64,000 nt of DNA from Kosmotogaceae bacterium UBA1373. Its GTDB lineage: Bacteria > Thermotogota > Thermotogae > Petrotogales > Kosmotogaceae. Shown piece after piece: positions 30,751 to 41,268 of this stretch (the first letter of the stretch is position 1; every line of letters starts with the position of its first letter). The position numbers and the translations under genes were made by a program. The stretch spans positions 27,870 to 91,869 of the forward strand of contig DBRH01000012.1 in NCBI GenBank assembly GCA_002305955.1, written 5' to 3'. The notes under the pieces were generated by a model, which saw nothing but the letters and a program-made list of their open reading frames with translations, was not told where the DNA came from and did no database searches.

Positions 30751-32090
30751 AATACCATTTCATTGGCATTGGCGGAATAGGAATGAGCGGTCTGGCAATG
30801 CATTTAGCATCTGAGGGATACCAGGTATACGGTTCGAACTACGAAGAGAACGAGAGGGTAGAATATCTTAGAGCCCGGGGGATAGGTGTTTGTATAGGCC
30901 ATTCTTCCGAGAATTTCGACAGACCAGATCTTGTGATAAGGACTACGGCGATAAAACAGGGAAATCCCGAACTCGTAAGGGCTATCTCCGAAGATGTTCC
31001 CACTATTTACAGAATGGAATTGTTACAAAAGATCCTCGCCGGCAATATATCTACATGCATCACCGGTACCGACGGCAAGACGACCACCACCGCCATGGTT
31101 GCCAAGATACTCTTCGATGACGGGAGGGACCCTACGGTCTTTCTGGGCGGGTTGAATTCCTTTCTCACCGACGGTAATTACAGGAGAGGTGGCAACGTTA
31201 TCGTTAGCGAGCTGGATGAGAGCGACGGCTTTTTCGCCTCTTTCAAACCTGAGAACGCTATAATTACCAACGTCAGAGGCGATCATCTTGAGCACTACGA
31301 TAATTCCTTCGACAACCTGAAAAACCATTTCAGGTACTTCTCCAGGGGGGTAAAGAACCTCCTGGTATTCAACGCCGATGATCCGGTTTCCGAAAGGCTT
31401 TTCAAAGGCGGAATCACCTTTGGCAAAGAAAAAGGGTTGTATCGTTTTTCCAATAGAAAGACCTGTCTGATGAGTCAGACCTTCAGCTGTTGGCGCGGCG
31501 ACAGCCATATGGGACAGATCAAGCTGATGATACCAGGTGAATACAACGCCTACAACGCGACAGCGGCGGTTGCGCTGACCCACGAACTTGGAGTGTCGAT
31601 AGACACGATCAAAGCCTCCCTGGAGTCTTTCAGGTCTGTTGATAGAAGATTCACGTTCAGAGGTATGGACAACAGCAGGAACCTCTTTTTCTTCGACGAT
31701 TACGCCCACACTCCAGACGAGATAAGCAGCACCATAAGGGGTGCCAGGGAGTTCTTTCCAGACAAGAATGTAATCGTGGTTTTTCAGCCGCACAGGTACT
31801 CCCGCCTCGTGAGGGAGAATGGCCGCTTTGCGCTCTCTTTGAGAGATGCAAGCGAGGTCTGTGTCTATAAACTCTACGAAGCTTACGAGAAGGGTCAGTA
31901 CGCGATCGACGAAACCGAGGTCTTGAAGGGACTCAGCAGTTACGGAGTCCCCGCGGTCCACGCGGTTAACTACAACGAGATACTGGACTGGCTGGAAAGA
32001 AAAAGGGATGCCGTTGTCCTCTTTCTGGGTGCGGGAGATATAACAGAAGCATCAAAGCTGAGTGCTCTCAAACTTTGCGCAACACATTAG
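30747..32090 (+). CDS. murC: UDP-N-acetylmuramate:L-alanine ligase
   Basis: 447 aa. FIGIGGIGMSGLA and GTDGKTTTT motifs. TTG start overlapping the murG stop. Confidence 0.9.
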   Translation: MKYHFIGIGGIGMSGLAMHLASEGYQVYGSNYEENERVEYLRARGIGVCIGHSSENFDRPDLVIRTTAIKQGNPELVRAISEDVPTIYRMELLQKILAGNISTCITGTDGKTTTTAMVAKILFDDGRDPTVFLGGLNSFLTDGNYRRGGNVIVSELDESDGFFASFKPENAIITNVRGDHLEHYDNSFDNLKNHFRYFSRGVKNLLVFNADDPVSERLFKGGITFGKEKGLYRFSNRKTCLMSQTFSCWRGDSHMGQIKLMIPGEYNAYNATAAVALTHELGVSIDTIKASLESFRSVDRRFTFRGMDNSRNLFFFDDYAHTPDEISSTIRGAREFFPDKNVIVVFQPHRYSRLVRENGRFALSLRDASEVCVYKLYEAYEKGQYAIDETEVLKGLSSYGVPAVHAVNYNEILDWLERKRDAVVLFLGAGDITEASKLSALKLCATH

Positions 32091-33846
32091 ATATTCCCAG
32101 ATTTCCACATACCGAACAATCCGTGCATCCGGCCCACCTGCAATCAGGTGTAGTCTGTTCTTTCAGTGACCTGAAGTATTCGCTCACCAGATATTTCTTT
32201 GAGACACCCAGCGAGATATGTTCCCAGGGTAGCGTCTCGTCGGTAGAGTAACCCTTGAAGTAACCCTCCGTATCGATCGAGGCGATTTTTAAGGCTTCGT
32301 CCCAGATCCTCCGGTCGAACTGGTCGTCCCATTCATCGAATATCGCTCCAAGTCTGTAGGCCTCGTAAACGGCTCTCCCTACTTTTCTATCGCCGCGACT
32401 CAAAATACCCTCGACCGGCCCGTTCGAGGGATTGTGAACTTTAATGTCTATACCCCTTCCGGAAAAGCCCCTCAAGAATTCGGCCTTCTGACGGGCCTCG
32501 TTTTCGTCTATCTGCCTGTAAAACTGAAACGGCGTGTGCGGTTTTGGTATGAAAACGGCAACAGATACGGCCAGTTCTTTGAATCCGATCGCCTTGACCC
32601 TTCTGCTGAGTTTCACTATCCCTTCGATATCTTCGGAAGTTTCTGTGGGAAGGCCGATCATGAAGTACAGCTTCAACCTCTGCCAGCCTTTTTTCCTGGC
32701 TATCACAGCGCAGTCCAGAAGATCTTTCTCGGTCACGTTCTTGTTTATGACATTTCTCAACCTCTGCGTTCCGGCCTCAGGTGCGAAAGTCAGACCGGTC
32801 TTCCTTACGGAAGCTATTCTGGAAGCGATCTCCACGTCGAAAGCGTCGATTCTAGAACTCGGTAGAGAGAGGGCAATCTTACGGGGTTCCATTAGCGGCA
32901 AAAGAGAGTCGGTAAGTTCGCCTATCTGAGAGTGGTCCATCGTTGAGAGCGAGAGCAAGGAAACCTCGTCATACCCGGTCCCTCTCAATATTTCTCTCAC
33001 TCCTTCCGCGATCTCTTCCTTCACTCTCTCGCGGACTGGCCGGTAAAAGATCCCGGCCTGGCAAAACCTGCAACCCCTGTTACAGCCCCTCATCACTTCG
33101 ACGATCGCCCTGTCGTGTATCACCTTCATGAAAGGCACCACGGGCCTTCCATCTATTCCGTAATCGGAGATGTCGGCAACGGCAGCCTTTACGACGTTTC
33201 TCTTTCCGGCCGAGGGAATATAAACGCCACGAACTTCGGAGATGATCTCCAGAAGCTCCCTCCTTTTCCCCGATCTGAGAAGATCGAGGTTCTTCTCGAT
33301 CAGTCCACACACTTCCAGCATCGCCTCTTCGCCGTCTCCGATAACGAAAGCGTCGAAGAAGTCAGACATCGGTTCGGGATTGGAAGCGCATGGCCCGCCC
33401 CCGAGAACGATAGGCTCGTGCGTTCTATCTCTCTGAAACAGAGGTATCCCCGCCAGTTCGAGAAGCGCAAGAACGTTCGTGTACCCGAGCTCGTACTGGA
33501 GCGTGATACCGACTATGTCGAATTCCAGAGCCGGAGAGTAAGTCTCCAGAGAGAAAAGCGGCACGGAATTCCCTCGCATTTCGTCGATCATATCCTTCCA
33601 GGGAAGATAAGTTCTCTCGGCGAAGGTAGAGTCTCTGGAGTTCAACTCTCTGTAAAGGACTTTGAAACCCAGGTGCGACATTCCCACCTCGTAAGCGTCC
33701 GGAAAGGCCAGCAGGACTCTCAGCTTTCCCATCGTATCTTTGAGGACCGCGTTCAACTCCTTACCAATATACCGGCTGGGCTTTCCTACACGCGTCAGGA
33801 CGCCCGAGGATACCAGCCACTTCCTTATATCTTCAGAGACGGTCAT
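32068..33846 (-). CDS. B12-binding-domain radical SAM protein (TIGR03960-like, function unknown)
   Basis: 592 aa. CNRGCRFCQAG (CxxxCxxC) cluster motif preceded by a Rossmann-like B12-type domain. The 3' end overlaps the murC 3' end by 23 nt. Confidence 0.8.
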   Translation of the reverse strand: MTVSEDIRKWLVSSGVLTRVGKPSRYIGKELNAVLKDTMGKLRVLLAFPDAYEVGMSHLGFKVLYRELNSRDSTFAERTYLPWKDMIDEMRGNSVPLFSLETYSPALEFDIVGITLQYELGYTNVLALLELAGIPLFQRDRTHEPIVLGGGPCASNPEPMSDFFDAFVIGDGEEAMLEVCGLIEKNLDLLRSGKRRELLEIISEVRGVYIPSAGKRNVVKAAVADISDYGIDGRPVVPFMKVIHDRAIVEVMRGCNRGCRFCQAGIFYRPVRERVKEEIAEGVREILRGTGYDEVSLLSLSTMDHSQIGELTDSLLPLMEPRKIALSLPSSRIDAFDVEIASRIASVRKTGLTFAPEAGTQRLRNVINKNVTEKDLLDCAVIARKKGWQRLKLYFMIGLPTETSEDIEGIVKLSRRVKAIGFKELAVSVAVFIPKPHTPFQFYRQIDENEARQKAEFLRGFSGRGIDIKVHNPSNGPVEGILSRGDRKVGRAVYEAYRLGAIFDEWDDQFDRRIWDEALKIASIDTEGYFKGYSTDETLPWEHISLGVSKKYLVSEYFRSLKEQTTPDCRWAGCTDCSVCGNLGISNVLRKV

Positions 33847-34844
33847 GGAATCTGAAACTCTGTGGCTAGAGAGAACATGAGCTTGACGAGGTTGTCATAA
33901 TCTTCCATAGATATGTATTCGGTCTCCGAGTGAAGGTTCTTAACGGCCAGAGAAAGAGGCACCATCTTCACGCCGTGCTGTTGAAAAGGTATTCCATCGG
34001 TTCCGCCGCCGGTAACTCCGACTTGAAGTGGAAGGCCTTTATCCCTGGCGTGTTCCACTATTTTTCTGCCGGTCTGGTAATCGCCCAGAGAAGATGTGTC
34101 CGACATTCGAAGCACAGGCCCGTTGCCCGGCCTGACGTCTCCGGTGAGTCTGGAACAGCAGGCGAAAGAGTCGACGGGAAAGAAGAGCGAAGGTTTGATT
34201 CTCTCGGAGAGGGCCCGTGCACCGATCAATCCTATCTCTTCCTGCACCGTCCAGGAAAACAACACCTTCCTGGGAAGATCGATTTTCACGAGAAGATCTA
34301 GAAGATCCAGAAGCGCGAGACAGCCGAACCTGTCATCGAGAGACCTCACCGCCACAAACTTTTCGTTCAGGATCGATATCTGCTTTCTGAAAACGGCGTA
34401 ATCGAGAACTTCTATGCCCATAGACTCGGCCTCTTCCTTCGAAGAAGCTCCCAAGTCTATCGAGAGACTCTGCCACGACAGGTCCGTCTTCTCCTTAAGG
34501 TGGGGAGGGGTGATGCCTATTACACCGTCTATGGACTCTCCGGAGGAAGTTATCACGTCCATATGTCGCCCCACCAGAAGTTCGTCGGGAACACCGCCTA
34601 GCTTCTTGAAATTGAGTGTCCCGTCGCTGTTAACTCCTGTTATCAGAAGACCTATCTCATCCATGTGCGCTGCGAAGGCGATACTGGAATCGCCCTGACC
34701 TATTTCGATTGTGACGTTTCCCAGATCATCTATTTGCGGTTCTATCTCTTGAGGTATCATTTCGAGAATTTTGGACCTTATCATCTCTTCGCGGCCGGTG
34801 ATTCCCGGAACGAACACCACTTCTGTCAATCTGTCGAGATCCAT
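33843..34844 (-). CDS. M42-family aminopeptidase (FrvX/CelM-like)
   Basis: 333 aa. AAHMDEIG, EEIGLIGA and GGGTDG motifs. AAGGAGG RBS. Confidence 0.85.
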   Translation of the reverse strand: MDLDRLTEVVFVPGITGREEMIRSKILEMIPQEIEPQIDDLGNVTIEIGQGDSSIAFAAHMDEIGLLITGVNSDGTLNFKKLGGVPDELLVGRHMDVITSSGESIDGVIGITPPHLKEKTDLSWQSLSIDLGASSKEEAESMGIEVLDYAVFRKQISILNEKFVAVRSLDDRFGCLALLDLLDLLVKIDLPRKVLFSWTVQEEIGLIGARALSERIKPSLFFPVDSFACCSRLTGDVRPGNGPVLRMSDTSSLGDYQTGRKIVEHARDKGLPLQVGVTGGGTDGIPFQQHGVKMVPLSLAVKNLHSETEYISMEDYDNLVKLMFSLATEFQIP

Positions 34845-35149
34845 GAGATTACCTCCTTGTGGTAGTCAACCATTGCGTCATATTTATAGACCGTCCCGAA
34901 AACGGAACTCTCGCGGGATTGTGGCCGATCCTTCGGCGATGGAAGTCTGAGCGTTTTACCGCGCATATCTTTTCTCCCACTCGTTCGATTTCCTCCCTAT
35001 TATAGCCTACGGAAAAGAAGATATGAACTTGAGTCCACAAAGGAGGTCTGGCCAGTTATAATCGGTATTGATCACAATTGACGGGTGGCTGTATTTGATT
35101 TATCTTGAATATGAAAGATCTATAAAGACTTCGAAATGGAGGATGAGAA

Positions 35150-36820
35150 ATGAACAATCCAGAAAATCTCAAGAAAGTCAAAGAAGAATGGAAGGAAAAG
35201 AAGGTTTTGCCACTGTTGAGGAAATTCCCCGAGAGAAAGAGTCAATTCAAAACGTCGTTCGACGGTGATATCGATATCCTCTATACCCCCGAAGATCTTC
35301 CGCCCGACGGCTACGACCAGGCGCTTGGCTTTCCGGGACAGTATCCGTTCACGCGAGGTGTACAACCGACGATGTACAGGGGAAGGTTCTGGACTATGAG
35401 GCAATACGCCGGATTTGGAACGGCGGAAGAGTCGAACGAAAGGTACAGATATCTCCTCTCTCAAGGTCAGACCGGTCTTTCGGTGGCCTTCGATCTCCCC
35501 ACACAGATCGGTTACGATTCAGACGATCAGATGGCCGAGGGAGAGGTCGGGAAGGTGGGCGTCGCCATCGACTCGCTCGAAGATATGGAGGTTCTTTTCG
35601 AGGGGATACCGCTCGACAAGGTAAGTACGTCTATGACGATAAACTCCACGGCGGCCATACTTCTGGCCATGTACATAGCCGTTGGAGAAAAGCAGGGAGT
35701 CGATCCCTCGAGATTAACGGGAACGATTCAAAACGATATATTGAAGGAATACATCGCCAGAGGAACCTACATCTTTCCGCCAGACGCTTCGATGAGACTG
35801 ATAACCGATATATTCGAATACTGTTCGAAGGCACTACCGGATTTCAACACTATAAGCATTAGCGGGTACCACATAAGAGAGGCAGGCGCAGATGCCGCTC
35901 AGGAAGTGGCTTTCACGCTTGCCGACGGTATAGCCTACGTAGAATCTGCGATAAAAGCCGGTCTGGATCCAAATGTTTTTGGAAAGAGGCTTTCTTTCTT
36001 CTTCAATTCTCACAACAACTTCCTCGAAGAGATCGCCAAATTTCGTGCCGCACGAAGGCTCTGGGCGAAGATAATGAAAGACAGGTTCGGTGTCACCGAC
36101 GAAAAAGCCATGATGCTCAGATTCCACACTCAGACCGGCGGTTCTACCCTCACCGCACAGCAACCGATGAACAATATAATCAGGGTGGCTTTCCAGGCCC
36201 TGGCCGCTGTTCTGGGCGGTACGCAATCCCTTCACACCAACTCCTTCGACGAGGCGCTCGGCCTGCCGACACAGGATTCGGTTACCATAGCCCTCAGAAC
36301 ACAGCAGATAATCGCCTGTGAAACCGGAGTAACGGACACGGTAGATCCGGTAGGAGGATCTTACTACGTTGAAAACCTGACCGACAGGATCGAGAAGCTC
36401 GCGTTGGATTACCTCCAGAAGATCGACGATCTCGGGGGAATGGTCAAGGCCGTCCAGGAAGGTTACATACAGAAGGAGATTCTGAACACCGCTTACAACT
36501 ACCAGCTCAAAGTCGAAAGAGAAGAGCAGGTGATCGTGGGTGTAAACCAGTACCTCTCCGATGAAAATCTGAAGAAGGATATTCTCAAAATCGATCCGGT
36601 CATCGAAGAGAAGCAGAGAAACAAACTGGCTGCGCTCAAACGAAGGCGAAATTCACAGGTGGTCGAAGAGGCCTTGAAGGAACTCAAAAAAGCCGCGCTG
36701 GGCTCTGAAAACCTCTTCCCTATCATACTGAATGCAGTCAAAAGTTATGCGACACTCGGAGAGATTTCAAATACCCTCAGGGATGTCTTCGGAGAGTACA
36801 CCGAAGCCGTCATTCTTTGA
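35150..36820 (+). CDS. methylmalonyl-CoA mutase, catalytic (N-terminal) subunit
   Basis: 556 aa. [24 protein letters not shown] and [10 protein letters not shown] motifs. Ends before the B12 domain. Confidence 0.9.
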   Translation: MNNPENLKKVKEEWKEKKVLPLLRKFPERKSQFKTSFDGDIDILYTPEDLPPDGYDQALGFPGQYPFTRGVQPTMYRGRFWTMRQYAGFGTAEESNERYRYLLSQGQTGLSVAFDLPTQIGYDSDDQMAEGEVGKVGVAIDSLEDMEVLFEGIPLDKVSTSMTINSTAAILLAMYIAVGEKQGVDPSRLTGTIQNDILKEYIARGTYIFPPDASMRLITDIFEYCSKALPDFNTISISGYHIREAGADAAQEVAFTLADGIAYVESAIKAGLDPNVFGKRLSFFFNSHNNFLEEIAKFRAARRLWAKIMKDRFGVTDEKAMMLRFHTQTGGSTLTAQQPMNNIIRVAFQALAAVLGGTQSLHTNSFDEALGLPTQDSVTIALRTQQIIACETGVTDTVDPVGGSYYVENLTDRIEKLALDYLQKIDDLGGMVKAVQEGYIQKEILNTAYNYQLKVEREEQVIVGVNQYLSDENLKKDILKIDPVIEEKQRNKLAALKRRRNSQVVEEALKELKKAALGSENLFPIILNAVKSYATLGEISNTLRDVFGEYTEAVIL

Positions 36821-36834
36821 GATAAAGAGGTGAA

Positions 36835-37230
36835 ATGATGAAAAGAGTAAAGGTACTCGTTGCAAAACCGGGACTCGACGGACACGACAGGGGCGCTAAA
36901 GTAGTGGCGATGGCGCTCAGGGATGCCGGCATGGAAGTGATCTACACCGGCCTCAGGCAATCGGCCGACGAGGTGGTGAAGGCTGCCCTTCAGGAAGACG
37001 TGGATATAATCGGTCTCTCCATCCTTTCTGGTGCACACATGAGGATCTGCGAGAAGGTTCTCAATCTCATGAAGGAAAAGGGGATAGATGAAAAGCCCGT
37101 CTTCGTGGGGGGTATAATACCGGCCGAAGACGCTCTGGAGCTAAAGAAGATGGGGATTCTCGAAGTCTTCGGTCCAGGAACGCCTTTGAAGGCAATAGTC
37201 GATTCGATAAAGGGTGCAGTAGATAAATGA
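36835..37230 (+). CDS. methylmalonyl-CoA mutase, B12-binding subunit
   Basis: 131 aa. [10 protein letters not shown] (DxHxxG) cobalamin-binding motif. Confidence 0.9.
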   Translation: MMKRVKVLVAKPGLDGHDRGAKVVAMALRDAGMEVIYTGLRQSADEVVKAALQEDVDIIGLSILSGAHMRICEKVLNLMKEKGIDEKPVFVGGIIPAEDALELKKMGILEVFGPGTPLKAIVDSIKGAVDK

Positions 37231-38096
37231 GCGAGAGGCTTTTTTATGCAAATCAACTCGCCATCTCGAGAACTTTGACCAGAATAGAGAACGACAGATC
37301 GGTCGCCAGAGAGATCATAGGTTCGCTGGAAGAGAGAGATTATCACGTTGTGGGTATCACGGGCAGCCCCGGTGCCGGAAAATCTACCCTTACCGACCGG
37401 CTCGCCCTCTTGAGTTCTAAAGAGAAAAGAACTGCGATAATCGCCATCGATCCTTCAAGCCCCTTCACAGGCGGGGCCTTCCTGGGAGACAGGATAAGGA
37501 TGAAGAGCTCCACGAAGAGCGAAGAGATATTCGTGAGATCCATGGCCAGCCGCGGTAAGGTTGGCGGCCTGAGCCCTTCGATCTACGATGCCGTCGAGTT
37601 CCTCGGCCGGAGCGGTTTCGACAGGGTGTTCGTCGAAACGGTCGGAGCCGGCCAGTCCGAAACGGATATTGAGAACCTGGCCGACGTGGTTCTGCTGGTT
37701 TTGGCGCCGGGTTTGGGAGACGATGTTCAGACGATGAAGGCGGGAATAATGGAGATCGGGGATATCTTCGCGGTAAACAAAATGGACCTGCCCGGAGCGT
37801 CACAGCTTGCGACGAGGACAGGTGCCATTCTTGAAATGAGCGGCAGAGAGCTTCCGATAATTCTGACCAATTCGATCAACGGTCAGGGAGTGGAAGAACT
37901 TCACAACCTCATCGAAAAGGCTCTGGGAGAACTCGATATCAGCGGAGCGATCGAAGAGAAGAGGCGCCGGCGTACACTTTACAACAATTTGAACAGCGTG
38001 TACCAAATCATAAAGGAAGACTTCTCGGAAAATGCTAAACTCGAAGAGTTAATGAATTATCTTCTAGAAAACAGGAGGTTATCTGATGAGAGCTGA
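37227..38096 (+). CDS. meaB: methylmalonyl-CoA mutase-associated G-protein chaperone MeaB/ArgK
   Basis: 289 aa. P-loop [19 protein letters not shown] and NKMD motifs. Confidence 0.9.
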   Translation: MSERLFYANQLAISRTLTRIENDRSVAREIIGSLEERDYHVVGITGSPGAGKSTLTDRLALLSSKEKRTAIIAIDPSSPFTGGAFLGDRIRMKSSTKSEEIFVRSMASRGKVGGLSPSIYDAVEFLGRSGFDRVFVETVGAGQSETDIENLADVVLLVLAPGLGDDVQTMKAGIMEIGDIFAVNKMDLPGASQLATRTGAILEMSGRELPIILTNSINGQGVEELHNLIEKALGELDISGAIEEKRRRRTLYNNLNSVYQIIKEDFSENAKLEELMNYLLENRRLSDES

Positions 38097-38493
38097 CAGG
38101 ATAGACCACATCGGGGTCGCCGTTAAATCCATCGAAGAGAGGCTGAAGGTTTACAGAGATCTTCTAAAACTCGACCCGGTGAAGATCGAAGAACTCCCGG
38201 AAAGGGGTCTGAGAGTGGCTTTTGTGAATGTTGGCGACACACGAATCGAACTGCTCGAACCGATCGCGGAGAACAGCCAGGTATCGAAATTCCTGGAGAC
38301 GAGGGGCGAGGGGATACATCATATGGCCTTTCACGTCGATGATATCGAAGCCGCCATCAAAGAGGCCGTTGAGCTGGAGATAGTCCCGCTCACGAAGGAG
38401 GCTCAGCCCGGAGCTTCAGGTACGAGGGTGGTATTTTTGCACCCCAAAAGTGCCGGTGGTGTTTTGATAGAGCTCGTTGAAGGATCCCACTGA
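38086..38493 (+). CDS. methylmalonyl-CoA epimerase (VOC/glyoxalase fold)
   Basis: 135 aa. IDHIGVAV, GIHHMAF and the FLHP...GVLIEL pattern. Confidence 0.85.
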   Translation: MRADRIDHIGVAVKSIEERLKVYRDLLKLDPVKIEELPERGLRVAFVNVGDTRIELLEPIAENSQVSKFLETRGEGIHHMAFHVDDIEAAIKEAVELEIVPLTKEAQPGASGTRVVFLHPKSAGGVLIELVEGSH

Positions 38494-38505
38494 GGGGGTG
38501 TTGAA

Positions 38506-40044
38506 ATGGATGACAAATTGAATAATTTCTTTGAAATGGACAGGAAAGTATCTCTCGGCGGCGGGGAAGACAAGATAGAGAAACAGCATAAAGCCGGTAA
38601 ATTGACGGCCCGCGAACGCATTGAGGTTCTTTGTGACGAGGGCAGCTTCGAAGAGACCGATAAATTCATCAAGCACAGAGCGACCACCTTCGGTCTTGAG
38701 GGAAAGGACTTTCCCGCCGATGGAGTCGTAACAGGTATCTGCTCGGTCAACGGCAAAAAAGTAGCGGTCTTCTCTCAGGATTTTACCGTGCAGGGAGGTT
38801 CTCTAGGTGAAATGCATGCCAAGAAGATCATGAAAGTTCAGGATATGGCCCTGAAGCTCGGGATTCCGATAGTCGGGATAAACGATTCCGGTGGCGCGAG
38901 AATACAGGAGGGCGTTGATTCGCTCTTTGGCTACGGGGGAATATTTCACAGGAATACACTCTCTTCGGGAGTCGTACCTCAGATAACCGTGATCTGTGGA
39001 CCGTGTGCAGGCGGAGCCGTTTACTCGCCGGCCATAACTGATTTTATAATCATGGTTCGCGATAACTCGCAGATGTTCATAACCGGTCCCCAGGTCATCA
39101 AGACCGTTACGGGCGAAGAAACCTCCATGGAGGAGCTCGGTGGCGCCCTCGTTCACAACAGTAAAAGCGGGAACGCCCATTTCATGGCAGATAACGATAA
39201 AGAGGCTATGTCTCTGGTCAGGAAGCTGCTAGACTTCATTCCCCAGAACAACGCCGAAGAACCCGATAGACTACCTTCACCCGGGATGGCCGACGAAGAG
39301 AAGCTGAGGACCATAATACCCGACAACCCGAAGCAATCGTACGATGTAAAGGATATAATATCGCTCCTGGTGGACGGTGGGGAGTTTGTCGAAGTCCACA
39401 GGCATTACGCGAAAAACATGGTGGTCGGTTTTGCAAGGATCGGCGGGAGGGCCCTGGGAATAGTCGCCAACCAACCGGCCGTCTTCGCCGGCTCGCTTGA
39501 TATAAACGCCTCCGATAAGGCGGCGAGGTTCATAAGGTTCCTGGACGCCTTCAATCTTCCCATAATCACGCTCGTCGATACGCCGGGCTTCCTTCCGGGC
39601 GTATCCCAGGAACACGGAGGGATAATAAGGCACGGCGCCAAGCTCCTTTACTCCTATAGCGAAGCCTCGGTGCCAAAGGTGACGCTCATCCTGAGAAAGG
39701 CTTACGGCGGTGCCTACATCGCCATGGGCAGTCAACATCTGGGAGCCGACATGGTTTTCGCCTGGCCCGGTGCCGAGATAGCCGTCATGGGGCCCGAAGG
39801 GGCGGCGAACATCATATTCAGGAAGGAAATCGAAAGCTCTTCGGAGCCCGAGAAGACCAGGGAAGAGAAGATAAACGAGTACAAAGAACTCTTCGCCAAT
39901 CCCTACGTCGCCGCTTCCAGAGGATACATAGAGTCCGTCATAGACCCGGCGAGAAGCAGGGCCGAGATATGCAGGGCTCTGGATATGCTCGAAACAAAGA
40001 CCGAGGGGCGACCGGCCAAAAAGCACGGAAATATACCCCTTTAA
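38506..40044 (+). CDS. methylmalonyl-CoA carboxyltransferase (12S / PccB / MmdA type)
   Basis: 512 aa with two crotonase-like carboxyltransferase halves (GGARIQEG, TGPQVIKTVTGE, DTPGFLPG). Confidence 0.9.
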   Translation: MDDKLNNFFEMDRKVSLGGGEDKIEKQHKAGKLTARERIEVLCDEGSFEETDKFIKHRATTFGLEGKDFPADGVVTGICSVNGKKVAVFSQDFTVQGGSLGEMHAKKIMKVQDMALKLGIPIVGINDSGGARIQEGVDSLFGYGGIFHRNTLSSGVVPQITVICGPCAGGAVYSPAITDFIIMVRDNSQMFITGPQVIKTVTGEETSMEELGGALVHNSKSGNAHFMADNDKEAMSLVRKLLDFIPQNNAEEPDRLPSPGMADEEKLRTIIPDNPKQSYDVKDIISLLVDGGEFVEVHRHYAKNMVVGFARIGGRALGIVANQPAVFAGSLDINASDKAARFIRFLDAFNLPIITLVDTPGFLPGVSQEHGGIIRHGAKLLYSYSEASVPKVTLILRKAYGGAYIAMGSQHLGADMVFAWPGAEIAVMGPEGAANIIFRKEIESSSEPEKTREEKINEYKELFANPYVAASRGYIESVIDPARSRAEICRALDMLETKTEGRPAKKHGNIPL

Positions 40045-40054
40045 GAGGTGAGCG

Positions 40055-40405
40055 ATGGATCAGTATCTTCAGATAACGATCATAGGTATCGTAATTGTCT
40101 TCCTAACGCTTGCGATTCTCTATTTCGTATTCAACATACTGGGTAGACTTTTATCCAGGGACGATAAAAAGAAGATTACACCCAGAGTCGTCGCACCCTC
40201 TCCGTCGGCTGATTCCGGAAGAGTCGGAGAGAGACCTTCGCAGGAAGCCGAAACCGTTGCCGCTATAAGTGCGGCTATATTGGCAACCATCGGACATGGA
40301 AACTTTCAGATAAAATCATTGAAGCCGGTCCCGACCGTTCTGCCATCGGCCTGGAAAAGACGGGACCCTGTGGTTTACTGGAGACTAAGGAGGAGCAAGA
40401 ATTGA
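40055..40405 (+). CDS. OadG-like small membrane subunit of a biotin-dependent decarboxylase
   Basis: 116 aa. A single N-terminal TM (ITIIGIVIVFLTLAILYFVFNILG) followed by an Ala/Pro-rich tail, as in OadG/MmdD. Confidence 0.6.
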   Translation: MDQYLQITIIGIVIVFLTLAILYFVFNILGRLLSRDDKKKITPRVVAPSPSADSGRVGERPSQEAETVAAISAAILATIGHGNFQIKSLKPVPTVLPSAWKRRDPVVYWRLRRSKN

Positions 40406-40827
40406 GAAGGTTCAGGGTTAGGGTTAATGGAAAGGAATACGACGTAGAAATCGAAGAAGTATCTTCGCAGACACAAGTTCAACAGACGGTGAGCGAAGCT
40501 CCGGAGACACCTGTAGCTGCCAGAAAAACGGAACCCGTGAAAAAGGTCGAAGAAGTGAAAAGATCCGAACCGGAGGTCGATGAGAGACCTTCTCAATCGG
40601 GCGACAACGGAGGGACTAACGTTGTCTCGCCGATGTCTGGAACGATCCTCGAGGTTTTTGTCTCCGTTGGAGACAGCGTGAGCGTCGGCCAGAAACTGTT
40701 AATACTGGAGGCCATGAAAATGGAGAACAGCATCCTGGCGGAGAGTTCCGGAATGGTCCAGCAGGTGAAGGTCCGCAAGGGCGACAATATAGATGCCGGA
40801 GAGACTATGATAGTTCTCGGATCATAA
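40402..40827 (+). CDS. biotin carboxyl carrier subunit
   Basis: 141 aa. Pro/Glu-rich linker and a C-terminal biotinyl domain with LEAMKMEN. TTG start overlapping the previous stop. Confidence 0.85.
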   Translation: MRRFRVRVNGKEYDVEIEEVSSQTQVQQTVSEAPETPVAARKTEPVKKVEEVKRSEPEVDERPSQSGDNGGTNVVSPMSGTILEVFVSVGDSVSVGQKLLILEAMKMENSILAESSGMVQQVKVRKGDNIDAGETMIVLGS

Positions 40828-40850
40828 AGGCGGATCTTTCCGCCTTTATG
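40824..40850 (+). terminator. intrinsic terminator after the methylmalonyl-CoA cluster
   Basis: CATAAAGGCGGA-TCTT-TCCGCCTTTATG. The U tract is short. Confidence 0.65.
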
Positions 40851-40873
40851 ATTCGGGAAGTCTTTCAAGCGTT

Positions 40874-41242
40874 ATGAAGTTTCCAGATGACAGAGAACTG
40901 GTCAACCTGTCAAGAATCCTCTCCTTAAAGGTTTTCGGAGTCTTTCCCGATATACCTTTTTCGTTCAACTCGAGACTAAAAAGAGTTCTCGGCAGGCTTG
41001 TTTACCTGAAGGCTGCCGGTCGGTTCAAGCCGTTGAGAATAGAGATAGCCTCCTCGATTTACGAAAACGAAGAGCTTCTCACAGGCACGATACTGCACGA
41101 GCTCTCGCATTATTATCTCATGATAAACGGTAGAGACTTCTCGCATTCCTCGCAAGACTTCAAGAAACTCTCCAGTGAACTGGGTTTCGACATAAGAGTA
41201 TCTGCAAAAGTCGAATCTTCCAGAGGATCGGAAAATAGTTGA
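40874..41242 (+). CDS. SprT-like zinc metalloprotease domain protein
   Basis: 122 aa. HELSHY (HExxH) preceded by RLKRVLGR, typical of SprT-like domains. Confidence 0.6.
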   Translation: MKFPDDRELVNLSRILSLKVFGVFPDIPFSFNSRLKRVLGRLVYLKAAGRFKPLRIEIASSIYENEELLTGTILHELSHYYLMINGRDFSHSSQDFKKLSSELGFDIRVSAKVESSRGSENS

Positions 41243-41268
41243 TTTTTCCGGAAATCATCTGCTATAAT
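41239..41268 (+). promoter_or_regulatory. sigma70-type promoter of the small-ORF/dinB unit
   Basis: TTGATT, 18 nt, TATAAT. The -10 is the first 6 nt of the 36-bp palindrome. Confidence 0.5.
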
